From: Octopus sinensis
Lineage: Eukaryota
Assembly: GCF_006345805.1 (NCBI RefSeq)
Contig: NC_043007.1
Coordinates: 23,870,001-23,934,000, forward strand
Length of the DNA: 64,000 nucleotides
Direction of reading: 5' to 3'
Each line of letters begins with the position of its first letter. The first letter of the stretch is position 1. Of the stretch, positions 12,985-24,727 are shown piece after piece. The position numbers and the translations under genes are program-made. The notes below the pieces were generated by a model. It did no database searches. It had not been told where the DNA came from and saw only the letters and a list, made by a program, of their open reading frames with translations.

Positions 12985-13638
12985 ATATATGTATAAATGT
13001 GTATATGTAAATATATACAAATATGTGTGTATATATATGTATGTGTATGTATGTTCATATAATGTATATATATATATGCATCTCTATAACAGTATATATT
13101 CATGCACACACACACTTTCTCAGTGGGCGTTAATCCTGTTTTGAGATGCAGCCAACGTGACATAAACGCCCAAGTTAAAAATGTGCTGACGTTGGGGTTG
13201 ATTCCACCCTAATTTCACACGCGCAGCCAATGTCACCCGTATATCCTGTTGTGAAAAACCATCTCTAATATATTTTTCAAGGGTGTTGGCGGATGGTCAT
13301 TCACCCTGTTCCAGTTTGGTTGTCTTATCTTGGTAATCCACTTCGTTGTCATAATAGCTTCAATGAATCGAATTTACAAAAATAATAGTGATAAATATAA
13401 CGTCTAGCGTATTAAAAGGGCGTGAAATGTCGCTCACTTTACACACACAAATATATATATATATATATATATATAAATCACTTGCCCAAAGTCTCTTGTT
13501 CTTATCAGCATGAAATTGGCGAAATGGATTAAGGTTTCGACCAGGTTAGCTGTACTCAACAAGCTTTGCGGTCTTTATTATAACATTATTTTTACTCTAT
13601 TAGCTGATCGAGTGGTATTCCACTTACTAAACCACACA

Positions 13639-13675
<37 letters not shown>

Positions 13676-13679
13676 AGAA

Positions 13680-14045
13680 TAATCAGCCGAAATTGCGAGG
13701 ATAATCTGGTGCTTGACTGAGGAAAGAAAACTTCGAATGACCCGTCCTTGTTTTCTTTGTATAGTCTATCTGGATGTTATGTTTTCCCTTTTTGTATCAC
13801 CTAGCTGACCGGATGTTTTGCGTTCTTGTCCCATTTTGTATTATATATACATATATTACAGTTCTATATTTAAGAGATGAGGAATTATGTACATTATTTA
13901 CATTATTTACATTTGACAGATATTTTTCCTCATCTTGTTTGTTGTTAACACAACGTTTCGGCTGATATACTCTCCAACCTTCATCAGGTGTCTTGGGGAA
14001 ATTTCGAACCTGGGTTCTCCTTCCTGAGGTGTTTTTCGATGTTAT
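13680..14045 (-). mobile_element. Penelope-like element terminal/UTR-type repeat carrying a hammerhead motif
   Basis: A second copy lies at 31190-31415; carries the CTGATGA-stem-GAAAC motif typical of PLE terminal repeats. Confidence 0.6.
13947..13992 (-). ncRNA. Putative minimal type I hammerhead ribozyme
   Basis: Minus strand GACAC-CUGAUGA-A-GGUUG(10 nt)CAGCC-GAA-ACGU-U-GUGUU; palindromic stem III, GUU cleavage triplet. Confidence 0.65.
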
Positions 14046-14056
14046 AATTATTATTA

Positions 14057-14412
14057 CTAGCAGAAATACCCGGCCTTGCTCGGGATTAAATTGGCATAGA
14101 TTTTTATTGCTTTACTTCTTTCAGTCATGTGACAGCGGCCATGCTGGAGCACCGCCGTTGGTCGAAGAAATCAACCACAGGATTTATCCTTTGTAAGCCT
14201 AGTACTCGTTCTGTCAGTGTCTTTTTACCAAATCGCTAAGTTACAGGAATGTAAGCACAGCAACATCAGTTGTCAAGCAATGGTTGGGGTACAAACACAT
14301 GACACACGCACACACATACACAAATATACACCTATATACGACAGTCTTCTTTCAGTTTCCGAATACGAAATCCACTCACAAGGTTTTGGTCGGCCTGAGG
14401 CTATAATAAGGA
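14057..14412 (-). mobile_element. Non-autonomous Helitron containing a captured SINE family B fragment (composite copy 2)
   Basis: On the minus strand: 5' TC(CTTATTATAG), SINE B body, hairpin CCCGAGCAAGGCCGGG, 3' CTAG. Confidence 0.7.
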
Positions 14413-14567
14413 TATATATATATGCTTTCGGTGCAAATGGTTTTGTTATACAGCACCATATTTTACAATCCTGTAAATAATAATAATAATGGTATTTTTA
14501 TATAAGCTTAAAGCTTATGCCGTTCACCGTGCAATGACTATGGAAAATAGTCTAATAACGGGGCATA

Positions 14568-14699
14568 TAAGCCCTCGACAGAAAAAAGAAGTCTTTCCCA
14601 TCCGCGTGGGACCCAAACCCACATCCCTTTGTTAACATGACTAAGTGTGTTACCTTTACACGCGGATGGGAAAGCCTTCTTTTTTCTGCTGAGGACTTA
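14568..14699. other. 41-bp imperfect inverted repeat enclosing a 50-nt structured loop in unique sequence
   Basis: 14568-14608 pairs with 14659-14699 with 3 mismatches and 1 G-U. Confidence 0.85.
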
Positions 14700-14962
14700 G
14701 AGAAAAACCCAGAAACCATGGGAACTTGTGATAGTCTGCGTCTGTAACACATAGCCAATGGGAGAGTTCATAGAAAAGTTCGCTAAGTTCATCTGCTTCT
14801 GTTGGCAAATTCAAATATGTTAAGCGGTAAGACACAAAAGGTAACTGAACCTTTGATATAAATTCGGCGTACAAAGAGCTTATTACCGCTCAACGACTTC
14901 CTACAAATAATGAATTATGCGAAGTTTAAATCCGTGAAAGCGTTACCAGTGGAAGGAATTAC

Positions 14963-15022
14963 CTGCAACATAATGCCTCCATTATTGTGATGAGCGCCAC
15001 TAGCTTCCAAATCCCCATTACC
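14963..15022 (-). CDS. Candidate 60-nt exon of an unidentified minus-strand gene
   Basis: ttcttgattagattacag acceptor and CAG|gtaatt donor; open as GNGDLEASGAHHNNGGIMLQ or as signal-peptide-like VMGIWKLVALITIMEALCC. Confidence 0.35.
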
Positions 15023-15463
15023 CTGTAATCTAATCAAGAAAACTAATACTGTCAGTATCATAGATTATTAAAAATCAGGCCATCTCTTAGACCATCATTG
15101 TTATCGATATACAATAACACCGTTGTTTCTGTGTCAATGAATGATCTTAATATTGACACGTACCAACCTATTTTTGACTGTTTCGTCCATTGGTGAATAT
15201 ATCTTCTTACAGGACACAGTAACGCGGCTGAATGAAATATAATGATGTCGATATAAACAGACAGGCCAGATGTGTGTACTAGCGTTTGTAATTTGACAAC
15301 ATCACAGTCAGCAAGTAATGGTTTAAGGTTATAAATAGGCATTAAAAATATGTGAATTAAAAGAAAAAAAAAACTGTGTTTACCGACAGTCTGTCATATA
15401 AATTCAGGTAAGCTGGGAGTCAAAATAAGTTGAGTCTTCTTGGATAGAAACGGCTCTGTTTGC

Positions 15464-15625
15464 GCAGGAGTCGCTATGTGGTAAGTAGCTTGCTTACCAA
15501 CCACATGGCTCCGGGTTCAGTCCTACTGCGTGGCACCTTGGGCAAGTGTCTTCTACTATAGCCTCGGGCCGACCAAAGCCTTGTGAGTGGATTTAGTAGA
15601 CGGAAACTGAAAGAAGCCCGTCGTA

Positions 15626-15722
<97 letters not shown>

Positions 15723-15970
15723 TGTGTGTGTGTGGTGTGTGTGTGTGTGTGTGTGTGCGTGCGTGCCTATGTTTGTCCCACCAACATCGCTTGACAACCG
15801 ATGCTGGTGTGTTTACATACCCGTAACTTAGCGGTTCGGCAAAAGAGACCGATAGAATAAGTACTAGGCTTACAAAGAATAAGTCCCGGGGTCGATTTGC
15901 TCAACTATAGGCGGTGCTCCAGCATGGCCGCAGTCAAATGACTGAAACAAGTAAAAGAGTAAAAGAGTAA
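15464..15970 (+). mobile_element. Full-length SINE family B (tRNA-derived head, CORE-like GGCACCTTGGGCAAGTGTC, internal (TA)n(TG)n, (AGTAAAAG)n tail)
   Basis: About 15 copies across the window share this structure. Confidence 0.92.
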
Positions 15971-16199
15971 ACCTCTCAGAATTTTACACTGAAAAATTTA
16001 GAAATTGCGTCTTTGGTCAAATAGCAAAAAAATTTTCTTTGCTATACTCAATCGACTCTACTATCATGCTCTCTTCAGACAGACTTACCATCTATTGTTG
16101 ACGATCGCTCTGGTCAAAACCCGCTCAATCGATGTTTAGGAATGTCAGAGAAGGTGACATTACATAGACAGGTTACAACTGTGTTGAGATTTGCATAAA

Positions 16200-16250
16200 C
16201 TAGGTGAAGAAAAATGTCCGGCGTGCTAAGGATTCTGCCTGCTTGCTGCC

Positions 16251-16335
<85 letters not shown>

Positions 16336-16536
16336 CAACAACAACAATAATAATAATGATAATGGTTTCAAATTTTGCCTCAAGGACAGCAATTTTGGGT
16401 CAGGGGATGAGTCAATTATATCGACCCTAGTGTTCAACTAGTACTTAATTTATGGACCCCGAAAGGATGAAAGGCAAAATCGACCCGGGCGGAATTTGAA
16501 CTCAGAACGTGCTAAAGATTCCACCTGCTCGCCGCC

Positions 16537-16618
<82 letters not shown>

Positions 16619-16625
16619 TAATAAT
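16200..16625 (-). mobile_element. Two SINE family A fragments interleaved with (TAA)n tracts
   Basis: Head remnants near 16215-16250 and 16510-16537, and a 3' variant body at 16357-16510. Confidence 0.75.
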
Positions 16626-17095
16626 GCCTCCTCATTGATATGACTGTCCCAATCGATATAAACGTATCTGTCAAGACCTACCAAAAACTGAGCAAATATA
16701 AAGATCTTGCAATAGAAATTAGCAAAATGTGGAACCTGAAGACTAGTACAATACCTATTATCATAGGTGCCCTGGGAATGATAGCAAAGGGGCTGATTGC
16801 TACCTAGCTCAGATACCAGGAAACCCCAAAATGGCAGAAATTCAAAAGATAGTGCTCATGGGAACTGCTCATATCCTACGCAAAATACTTTCTATGTAAT
16901 CTCAAGTTTTAAGTTTTAAAACAAACATAATTTTCTTATGGTTTCTTAAACATTCTCTAGAATAACACTATGTACAAAACCAAATATATGGCACCCTAGG
17001 CATAACACCAACATGAACTTCCAACTTGTTGCCTCTTGAGGCCTCTGGGTGAAACTTGGAACCAACTTGTACAAATGTAAAAGTCAAACATAAAA
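16625..17095 (+). mobile_element. 5'-truncated R4/Dong-clade non-LTR retrotransposon (restriction-like endonuclease C-terminus plus 3' UTR) within a (TAA)n tract
   Basis: CLLIDMTVPIDINVSVKTYQKLSKYKDLAIEISKMWNLKTSTIPIIIGALGMIA / frameshift near 16787 / GADCYLAQIPGNPKMAEIQKIVLMGTAHILRKILSM* (stop 16897-16899); RLE PD..D/K.KY motif. Confidence 0.85.
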
Positions 17096-17236
17096 TAATA
17101 ATAACAATAACAATAATAATAATAATAATAACAACAACAACAACAACAACAACAATAATAATAATAATGATAATAATAATGATAATAATAATGATAATAA
17201 TAATGATAATAATGATAATAATGATAATAATAATAA

Positions 17237-17295
<59 letters not shown>

Positions 17296-17300
17296 ATAGG
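17095..17300. repeat. (TAA)n/(CAA)n/(TGA)n/(TAG)n compound microsatellite
   Basis: Direct inspection. Confidence 0.95.
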
Positions 17301-17825
17301 AACAAGGCCGGTAATTTGGGGAGAGGAATTAGTCGATTAACTCGATCCCAGTACTTGACAAATTATCACTTTATTTTATCAACCTCGGAAGGATGAATGT
17401 TGAAGTCTTCCTCGGCGAGATTTGAATTCATATTGTAAAGACTCAGAATGAATAGCACGTGACATTTTAATAATAATGAATGTATTGTATGCAGTACTCA
17501 GGTGCACTACAACGTGTTGGTAAAAATGAAGGCGGGAAGCCGCAATAAGTCAAGTAAAGAAAGATAGCAATAAAAGCCCAATGTAACAGCAATTTCTTTT
17601 CTTTTGTACCTAGAGCCAATTCATACGTACAATACACTTGTTACAAAGGGGATACAAAAACGTGAGCGCCCTTTATGTGTAAAACGAGGTCAGTGGAGAC
17701 ATTACACAATATATTAAGATATGTTAAAAACTTTTGACTTGGAGAATATAACTAAACAGACAAGATGATTATATAAAACATAGATATAATTTTAAAATAC
17801 ATATATAATTTAGTGAAAAAAGAAA

Positions 17826-18830
17826 GCAATTAAGACAACCCACCTACATACCTCCGTTAGAATCCATCACACTGGTTAGGTTAGGGCGCTTCACAACTCT
17901 GTCCGTCTGCCGCTTCTGTAAGGATTTGTTACATTGGATTGGATCGGGTCAGACAAAAACCACCAACGGTCCTCTGTACACGACAAACCAACACTGTAAT
18001 CTTCCAACAACAACATGTTGTTCGAATCCCTCTTAAACTCCAGCTCTATTTTCTCTATTTTCCCTTCCTTCTTCAGTGCATCTTACTCATAATCACACAT
18101 CGGAAATCCAACTTTTGAATCTAGAGCTATGTTTAGCCACAGAACCGTGTTTCCACATCTGTGCCTCATCTCGTTGATTCTACTAGAATTCCGGCTTCCG
18201 AATCCGCTTTCTGGTTGTCGGTTCTCGACACTGGCGACGAGGTGTGACCCTCGGCAATCCTCGGAGCTGCTACCAGCTGTGTTTTAGAAACAACAGCTTC
18301 AACAGACCTGCTAATACTGATGCTGGTTCTGCTGTTCTCTGCCACATTCTCTCTCCACCTCTACTTTTACAGCTTTTCAGAAAGCTCTTTAGCAAACCTT
18401 AATGTCATATGTGCAGCAGCTTACTTACTGCCATATCTACTAGTTGTATCGCTTTTTTGGCCTCCACGATGAGCTCCTGGATGGGCCTATGAATTTTTGG
18501 AATCATCGGGACGCATATGTGTATGCAAACCTCACTACGTGCCGCCTTTTTAGTTCTCTTTGTTGCTCACACAAATCTTATGACGACCCAAAGGCCTACA
18601 CCCGAACCAACACTTTTGGCTGCAACCCTTGTATTACACTTTCCTATTGCCGTACCAATCTGTGGACAAGTGTATGGCGCACCATCATGGCCTGTTGTTC
18701 TCGGATCCAAAAATCGAGCACACGCTTCTATACGCTTTGTCCTGGTCGATAGCAAACACATTGCGTCACACATCACCTAGAGCTTTCTGTTGTAACTTCA
18801 TTGAGGGCGCAATGAAAGCCCCTCTGCTTT
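17826..18830 (-). mobile_element. Heavily decayed L1/Tx1-like LINE: ORF1 remnant and first codons of ORF2
   Basis: Broken frames include V*YKGCSQKCWFGCRPLGRHKIC (zinc-knuckle-like), then M*VGCLNC at 17849, resembling the APE endonuclease motif I. Confidence 0.4.
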
Positions 18831-19490
18831 TCGAGAGACAAACGTATGTCACTTTTTCTTTTCCCTATCTTCTATTAAACCATTAAGCAAGGAGGCATAA
18901 TATTTCGTACCATACCTATTCAATTTTGGGAGTTGTCCAAAGTTCAGTTTTTCTCTAGCTCGCAACATTGACTGATCTATTTTTATTATTGTTTGCGTTG
19001 GACAAATTTCGGCTATCGCCAGCATCTGTATTTATAATACAAATGTGTTTGCGTTGTATATTTTTTTTGTGTTGTCTGCACTTGTGTTTGTGTTATAATT
19101 GCTATGTTTTTCTATTTGTCATACGCTTTTCTCTGTTCTTTTTTCTTGCTGTGTGCTTTATTTTTACAATTTTCAACAAAATTTTTCTTCAAAAACTTTG
19201 GGGGCGTATACGCTGCTTTTGCCTTTGCGGTTAGTGGCGTTTACCGCAACTCTACGAAGAGGTCATTTTGTTAAGCAAATAAACGAAAGTCTACAAAGTG
19301 AAATATATGAATGCATCCAGAACAATACATATATTCATCACCACAAGGTAAAACGACTGGACGCTTAAAAGTGCCAAAACCTAAAAATCCACAGGAGGAA
19401 TTTAGCATGAAGTAAAATGCAGCAATATTCGAATTATTTCGGGAGTTCCTTTAACAAACGTCTGCTCATGACTAGCAACAGCAACAACAG

Positions 19491-19690
19491 CGGAGGCGCA
19501 ATGGCCCAGCGGTTAGGGCAGCGGACTCGCGATCGTAAGAACGCGGTTTCGATTCCCAGACCGAGCATTGTGATTGTTTATTGAGCAAAAACACCTAAGC
19601 TCCATAAGGCTCCGGCGGGGGGTGGGGAGTGAACCCCACTGTAATCTTTCATCACAATTTTCTCTCACTCTTACTTCCTACGTCTGCCAC
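19491..19690 (+). mobile_element. SINE family C, 3'-truncated
   Basis: Head and core match 12242. Confidence 0.85.
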
Positions 19691-20602
19691 AAATCAGAGG
19701 AACCATGGTGTAACCCATTATGGTGTGGTAAACTTTCAGACCCTAGTCTAGATTGCGAATTCTCTGTACCCTAGGATGGTTCAGCTCTCCACCCGTTAAA
19801 AGCCACCGTTTACGCAATGAGGATAACAACGTAGCTTTTGCGCCCGTGCAACCGCCAGTCTATCGCGTGTGGTGGGTGGATCTTCAAGTTGCCACACGCA
19901 TTCTTAGTAGCTTAGAGATTATGTTTTGTGGCTAATGGCGTGAGTCCTGATTGGAAGAAGAAGAAGAAGAAGAAGAAGAAGAACAACAACAACAACAACA
20001 ACAACAACATTAACAGCTACCAACAACCACCACCGCCACCAACAATAAACAATCACTGCCTCTGTTATAGGCATCAGTCCAACAATTCTGAAAAGAGGAA
20101 TTAATCGATTGCTTTGACTTACTCCAGTTCAAGATAGGTGCTTCATTTTATCGATCTTGGATGGATGAAAAGCCGGGTTGACATCAGCGAGGTTTAAATT
20201 CAGAACGTAAAGGGTTGGAACAAAAACATCAAGGCACTTTCCAGTTGAGATAATTTCACTCTCAATATGTCCTGAAGAGCTAAGGAGGCGAGCTGGTTAA
20301 ACTATTAGGACGTCAGAAAAAATGTTTAGAGGCGTTTTGTCCGCCTTTAAGATCTGAGTCCAAATTCCGTCGGGGTCGATAAAATAATTACCGGTTGGGT
20401 ACTGGGGTCGATGTAATCGACTTGCACTCTTCCCGAAATTACTGGCCTTGTGCTAACATTTGAAACCAATATTTCCCGGAGAGTTTGTAAAACTTGAGGG
20501 AAAATTTAATCCCTTTCCGTTTTTTTTTTTTGCTAAGCTGTGGTGTCATTTTTCTCTTTGCTCTCTCCTGGATGAGCTGTTGCGGTAAAGAATTGCTGTT
20601 CA

Positions 20603-20787
20603 TGGGGAGAGTCGTTTTCTTTTTGTGCTTTATAATGTAACACACTCACCGGCAAAATTTCCACTTATTTCTTATTTCTTATTCTTTTTCTTATTTCTAT
20701 TTTCTTAAAAAAAAAAAAGAAAAAAGTGGAAATTTTACCGGTGAGTGTGTTACATTATAAGGCACAAAAAGAAAATGACTCTCCCCA
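20603..20787. repeat. 64-bp inverted repeat with a 57-nt (TTATTTC)/poly-A spacer, MITE-like
   Basis: 20603-20666 versus 20724-20787, three transition differences. Confidence 0.9.
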
Positions 20788-21624
20788 GACACAACAGAAT
20801 ATGCTTCAACACACGAACTCATATAAAGAATCTTGCAAACCAAATCCAAAAATGAAAATGCTGTTCAGTTACACAAAATTTTCACATCTACATTTATTTC
20901 TTTATAACTGTGATGTTTCGAAAATCCTGTCTGTTCACTTTACATTGGAGGAAGGTTTGCCTTCACACAAATACTTTTTCAACAGATCGCAATATTTGGA
21001 ACCATCGCTAGTGCGATCCTTGTTACTTGTACTGTTTTCTAAATTGCTTATTTGAATATTCGGAACATTTTCTTCTATCGAATGTTCACTACACTCTTTA
21101 TTTTGTTCCTTTCGTATATTTAGTTGTGTGCTTTGGCTTTTTGTAGTGTTTTGTCAGTTGAATTAATTGTGTGTGGTTGTCCTTTTGTAGTTGCGAAAAA
21201 GTAATGTGAGTAAATAAAATGTTGTGAGTTTGTGAAACAAACCTCATATTTCTGTTGTCTACCCACCGCAGTGTTAATGGCAGCGTTACTTTAAGCAATC
21301 ACAGTTCTTTTTACAAGTATTCGAAAGAAAATCTGGGTTTGTTATGCTTGAATAAAGTGTGTTTCGAATGGAAAATTAAAAGGAAATCTTCACGCTATCA
21401 AATTCATATACAACAACAACAACAGCAACAACAATTCTTTCATTTACTGCGCCCTCAATAGCACATTCATTCATACACCGTATTACAAAACTCTTAGGAA
21501 TGTACATTTTATACACATTTACATAAATATGAGGTGTGAGATAAAAGACATTATACAATATATTAAAACGTATTATTACTTTAGTTACACATGTACACAT
21601 AATATTTGATCCCGAAAGGTGTTT

Positions 21625-22093
21625 CGTTTATCATCCTTAAACAACCTTAATTCAGGGACCTTTTTGAGCGGAATGGACTGCTCTACTTGAAGAAATTCCT
21701 AACTGGGCCCCAACCTGCAAGGGTATACGTGATCTTGATATAAGGCCACCATGCCGCGCACATATGGTTGTGATGCATGTGCCTAGTGTACCCTTATGCA
21801 ACAGGTAGTGATGATGGGATATTGGGCTTCGTATATTTGTGACCCAGCATCACTTTGAAGGCGTGTGCTGATCTCTCACTGAGTTATATTAACAATATCA
21901 AATTTTGGCACAAGGGAAGAAATTTCAGGGAAGAGGATAAGTCGATCGTAGGCTCCAGTGTTCAAGTGGTATTTATTTTTATTGATTTCCAAAGGATGAC
22001 CTCGGCGGAATTTGAACTCAGAACGTAATGACGGACGAAATGCCGCCAAGTATTTTGCCCGGCGTGCTAACGATTCTGCGAGCTCGCCGCCTT

Positions 22094-22160
<67 letters not shown>

Positions 22161-22202
22161 ACTACTGCTGCTGCTGCTGCTACTACTACTACTACTACTA
22201 CT

Positions 22203-22235
<33 letters not shown>

Positions 22236-22780
22236 ATAATAATAATAATACATTAAATATTCTGCTCAATACCACAGATTTACTTGTCAGTTGTTTGACC
22301 TTAAACCAGTTGAGCATGTCCCTTAGTGGCTGACGGTATGTGCATCTCTGATCAGGAGCAAAAGTAGTTGGGGAGCATCATAACCATGTATTGAGAGGAA
22401 TTGTTTGGGGCTTGAATAATTTACTTCTGGAGACATGAGTGTTTCATTCAACATCCTTAAACAAACCTTATTCAGGGACCTTTTGGACGGGATGAGCTAC
22501 TCGACCTGAAGAAAATTCTAACTAGGCCGCACCTGCAACGTCATGCGCTGTTTATCTTGATATGAGATCACCATGTTGCGCGCATGTGGTGTCACATACG
22601 TCAATTATTTATTTTTTATTTATATTCTCTTGTAAAAATTCATCATGCATTCCAGGAAAATTGTTTTTGTTCGTTTAATACTTGCCTGGGCAGTTATAAT
22701 TTACTGTGAAAAACGAATTTTACACCACTGTCACTTTGATGGCATGCACTGCTCTCTCATTCAATAATAATAATAATAAT
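21625..22780 (+). mobile_element. Two copies of a LINE 3' UTR-like repeat (probably CR1-like, (AAT)n tail), interrupted by a SINE A remnant and (CTA/CTG)n
   Basis: CATCCTTAAACAACC...TTCAGGGACCTTTT...AACTGGGCCCC recurs near 21632 and 22452. Confidence 0.55.
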
Positions 22781-22789
22781 AATAATAAT

Positions 22790-23010
22790 AATCATAATCC
22801 TTTCTACTGGAAGCACAAGGCCTCAGAATTGGTGGGAGGGAACTAGTCGATAACATCGAGCCCAGTGTTCAACTGGTACCTATTTTATTGACCCCGAAAG
22901 GATGAAAGGTAAAGTCGACCTCCTCGGAATTTGAACTCAGAACGTAGCGACGGGCGAAATACTGCAAAGCATTTCGTCTAGCGCGCTAACGATTCTGCCA
23001 GCTCGTCGCC

Positions 23011-23099
<89 letters not shown>

Positions 23100-23130
23100 G
23101 TTTCAAATTTTGCCACAAGGGCAGCCATTA
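22790..23130 (-). mobile_element. SINE family A variant plus (TAA)n and the 3' end of another copy
   Basis: Family A body at 22800-23010; TAA tract at 23010-23098. Confidence 0.8.
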
Positions 23131-24379
23131 GTAATTAACCTAACAAGTTACTTTGAAAAAGCTATTCAATTTGTCAACTTACCTACATACATTATGTAGA
23201 TAGTCATTGTTATAGACTGTCTGGTTCATATTATGTTGAAATAAATATAACACTTCAGACGAGTTACTTTCCTGTTCAATGAATAAATTACGTCGACACT
23301 ACAGATTGGAATTTGATAAAACGTCATCCGTATAATTAGAATACAGGAGAAGCAAAGATATTTTAAAGCTTCAAAATAACGCTGTCTATTTTTTTATGGT
23401 TATTTCAATTTTCTATATATTTTTTTAATGATATGTTATTTATTTATTTTTACTTATCCGATAAACGCTGGAGAGCAAGAAGTAAACACTTGACTGGTCA
23501 TATCCGAGAGTCAGTTTCGATTTCCGGCTGAAACCAACTTTCTGGATATATACTTACTAATTCAATTCAGAAATGTATGAACGCCACAAAATCACATTCA
23601 TATCCTTCAAAAACTGTTCAGCATTAAACATATCCCTTTGAACCCCAAAATACGCTTTACCGAGTACGATTTCGATTGGGCGTAACCTTAGAAAACACAA
23701 AAAGCGCCATTTTCGTGTGATGTACATGCCAAAGACAAATTATGAAATACCTTAACCTCTTAACGTATTATCCCGTATATTTTCGTTCAGAGAGGTCTAG
23801 TAAATATATATTTGAACGAAAATATACATTCACTGTACTTTGATGCATCTGTCATTTATTTTAAACCAGAAATATTTCGTTTATGATGGCATTCCCGTTT
23901 TCTATCATTAACTATCTGTAACTGTTATTTCTATCGGTAACTTTACAACAACTCATAACTGATCTAAAATAATTTGTGCACTTATTCTTCCTAATATATA
24001 GATTCAAAATAAATAATAATAAAAATATATTTTTTGCATGGATATTGAAAAAAAAATGTTTATGTTAAGAGGCTAAGCTGTAAATCTTGGACATTTACAA
24101 GAATTATATTGATTCGTTTTTCACAGTAAATTATAACTGCCCAGACAAGTATTAAACCCCAAAAAATTTTTCATGGAATGCATGATGAATTTTTACAAGA
24201 GAATAAAAATAAAAATAAATAAGTGACGTATGTGACACCACATAAAATAACTTTTTTCACCTGAAAATACTAACTGCTAATTCCTCTGAATTTTTCAAGA
24301 AAAACATAAAAAACTTTGTGTTGTTTATTTACATTGACTTTGAAACTTCAATAAAAATGCCAGTGAGTTTGCTGGACTC

Positions 24380-24615
24380 ATAGGGGCCAGTTACCCGGTT
24401 TTCATGGCGTATAAGTGACCGAGATCACAACATCCCCACTACCTGATCGGGATGCCAGTCTGTCGCAGGGTTACTTATTTACAGCTAAGCGGACTGGAGC
24501 AAATTGAAATGAAGTGTTTTACTCAAGAACACAACGCACTACTCGGTCCGGGAACCGAAACAGTGATCTTGCGATTGTAAGTGCAACACCCTAACCGCTA
24601 GGTCACGCACCTTCA
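24380..24615 (-). mobile_element. SINE family D
   Basis: Similar to 7960-8140 and to the reverse complement of 37000-37240. Confidence 0.75.
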
Positions 24616-24727
24616 CATATAGAGATATTGAGATATTGAGGTACATACGTCGAAAATAGGAAAAGAGTCATCTATAATCATTCGTTTGAACTAATCTTTG
24701 CATTCTTACTGTTTTCCCTCTTCCTAG

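Noticed and set aside
14656-14900. In-frame TGA before a 77-codon ORF read as selenocysteine, with the hairpin as SECIS
   Set aside because: The hairpin lacks the AUGA/GA quartet and apical AA, and no phase-1 upstream exon was found.
22585-24243. A 1.65-kb DNA transposon with 130-bp TIRs
   Set aside because: No TSD, and the host LINE sequence resumes right after the left arm; kept as a templated-insertion finding instead.
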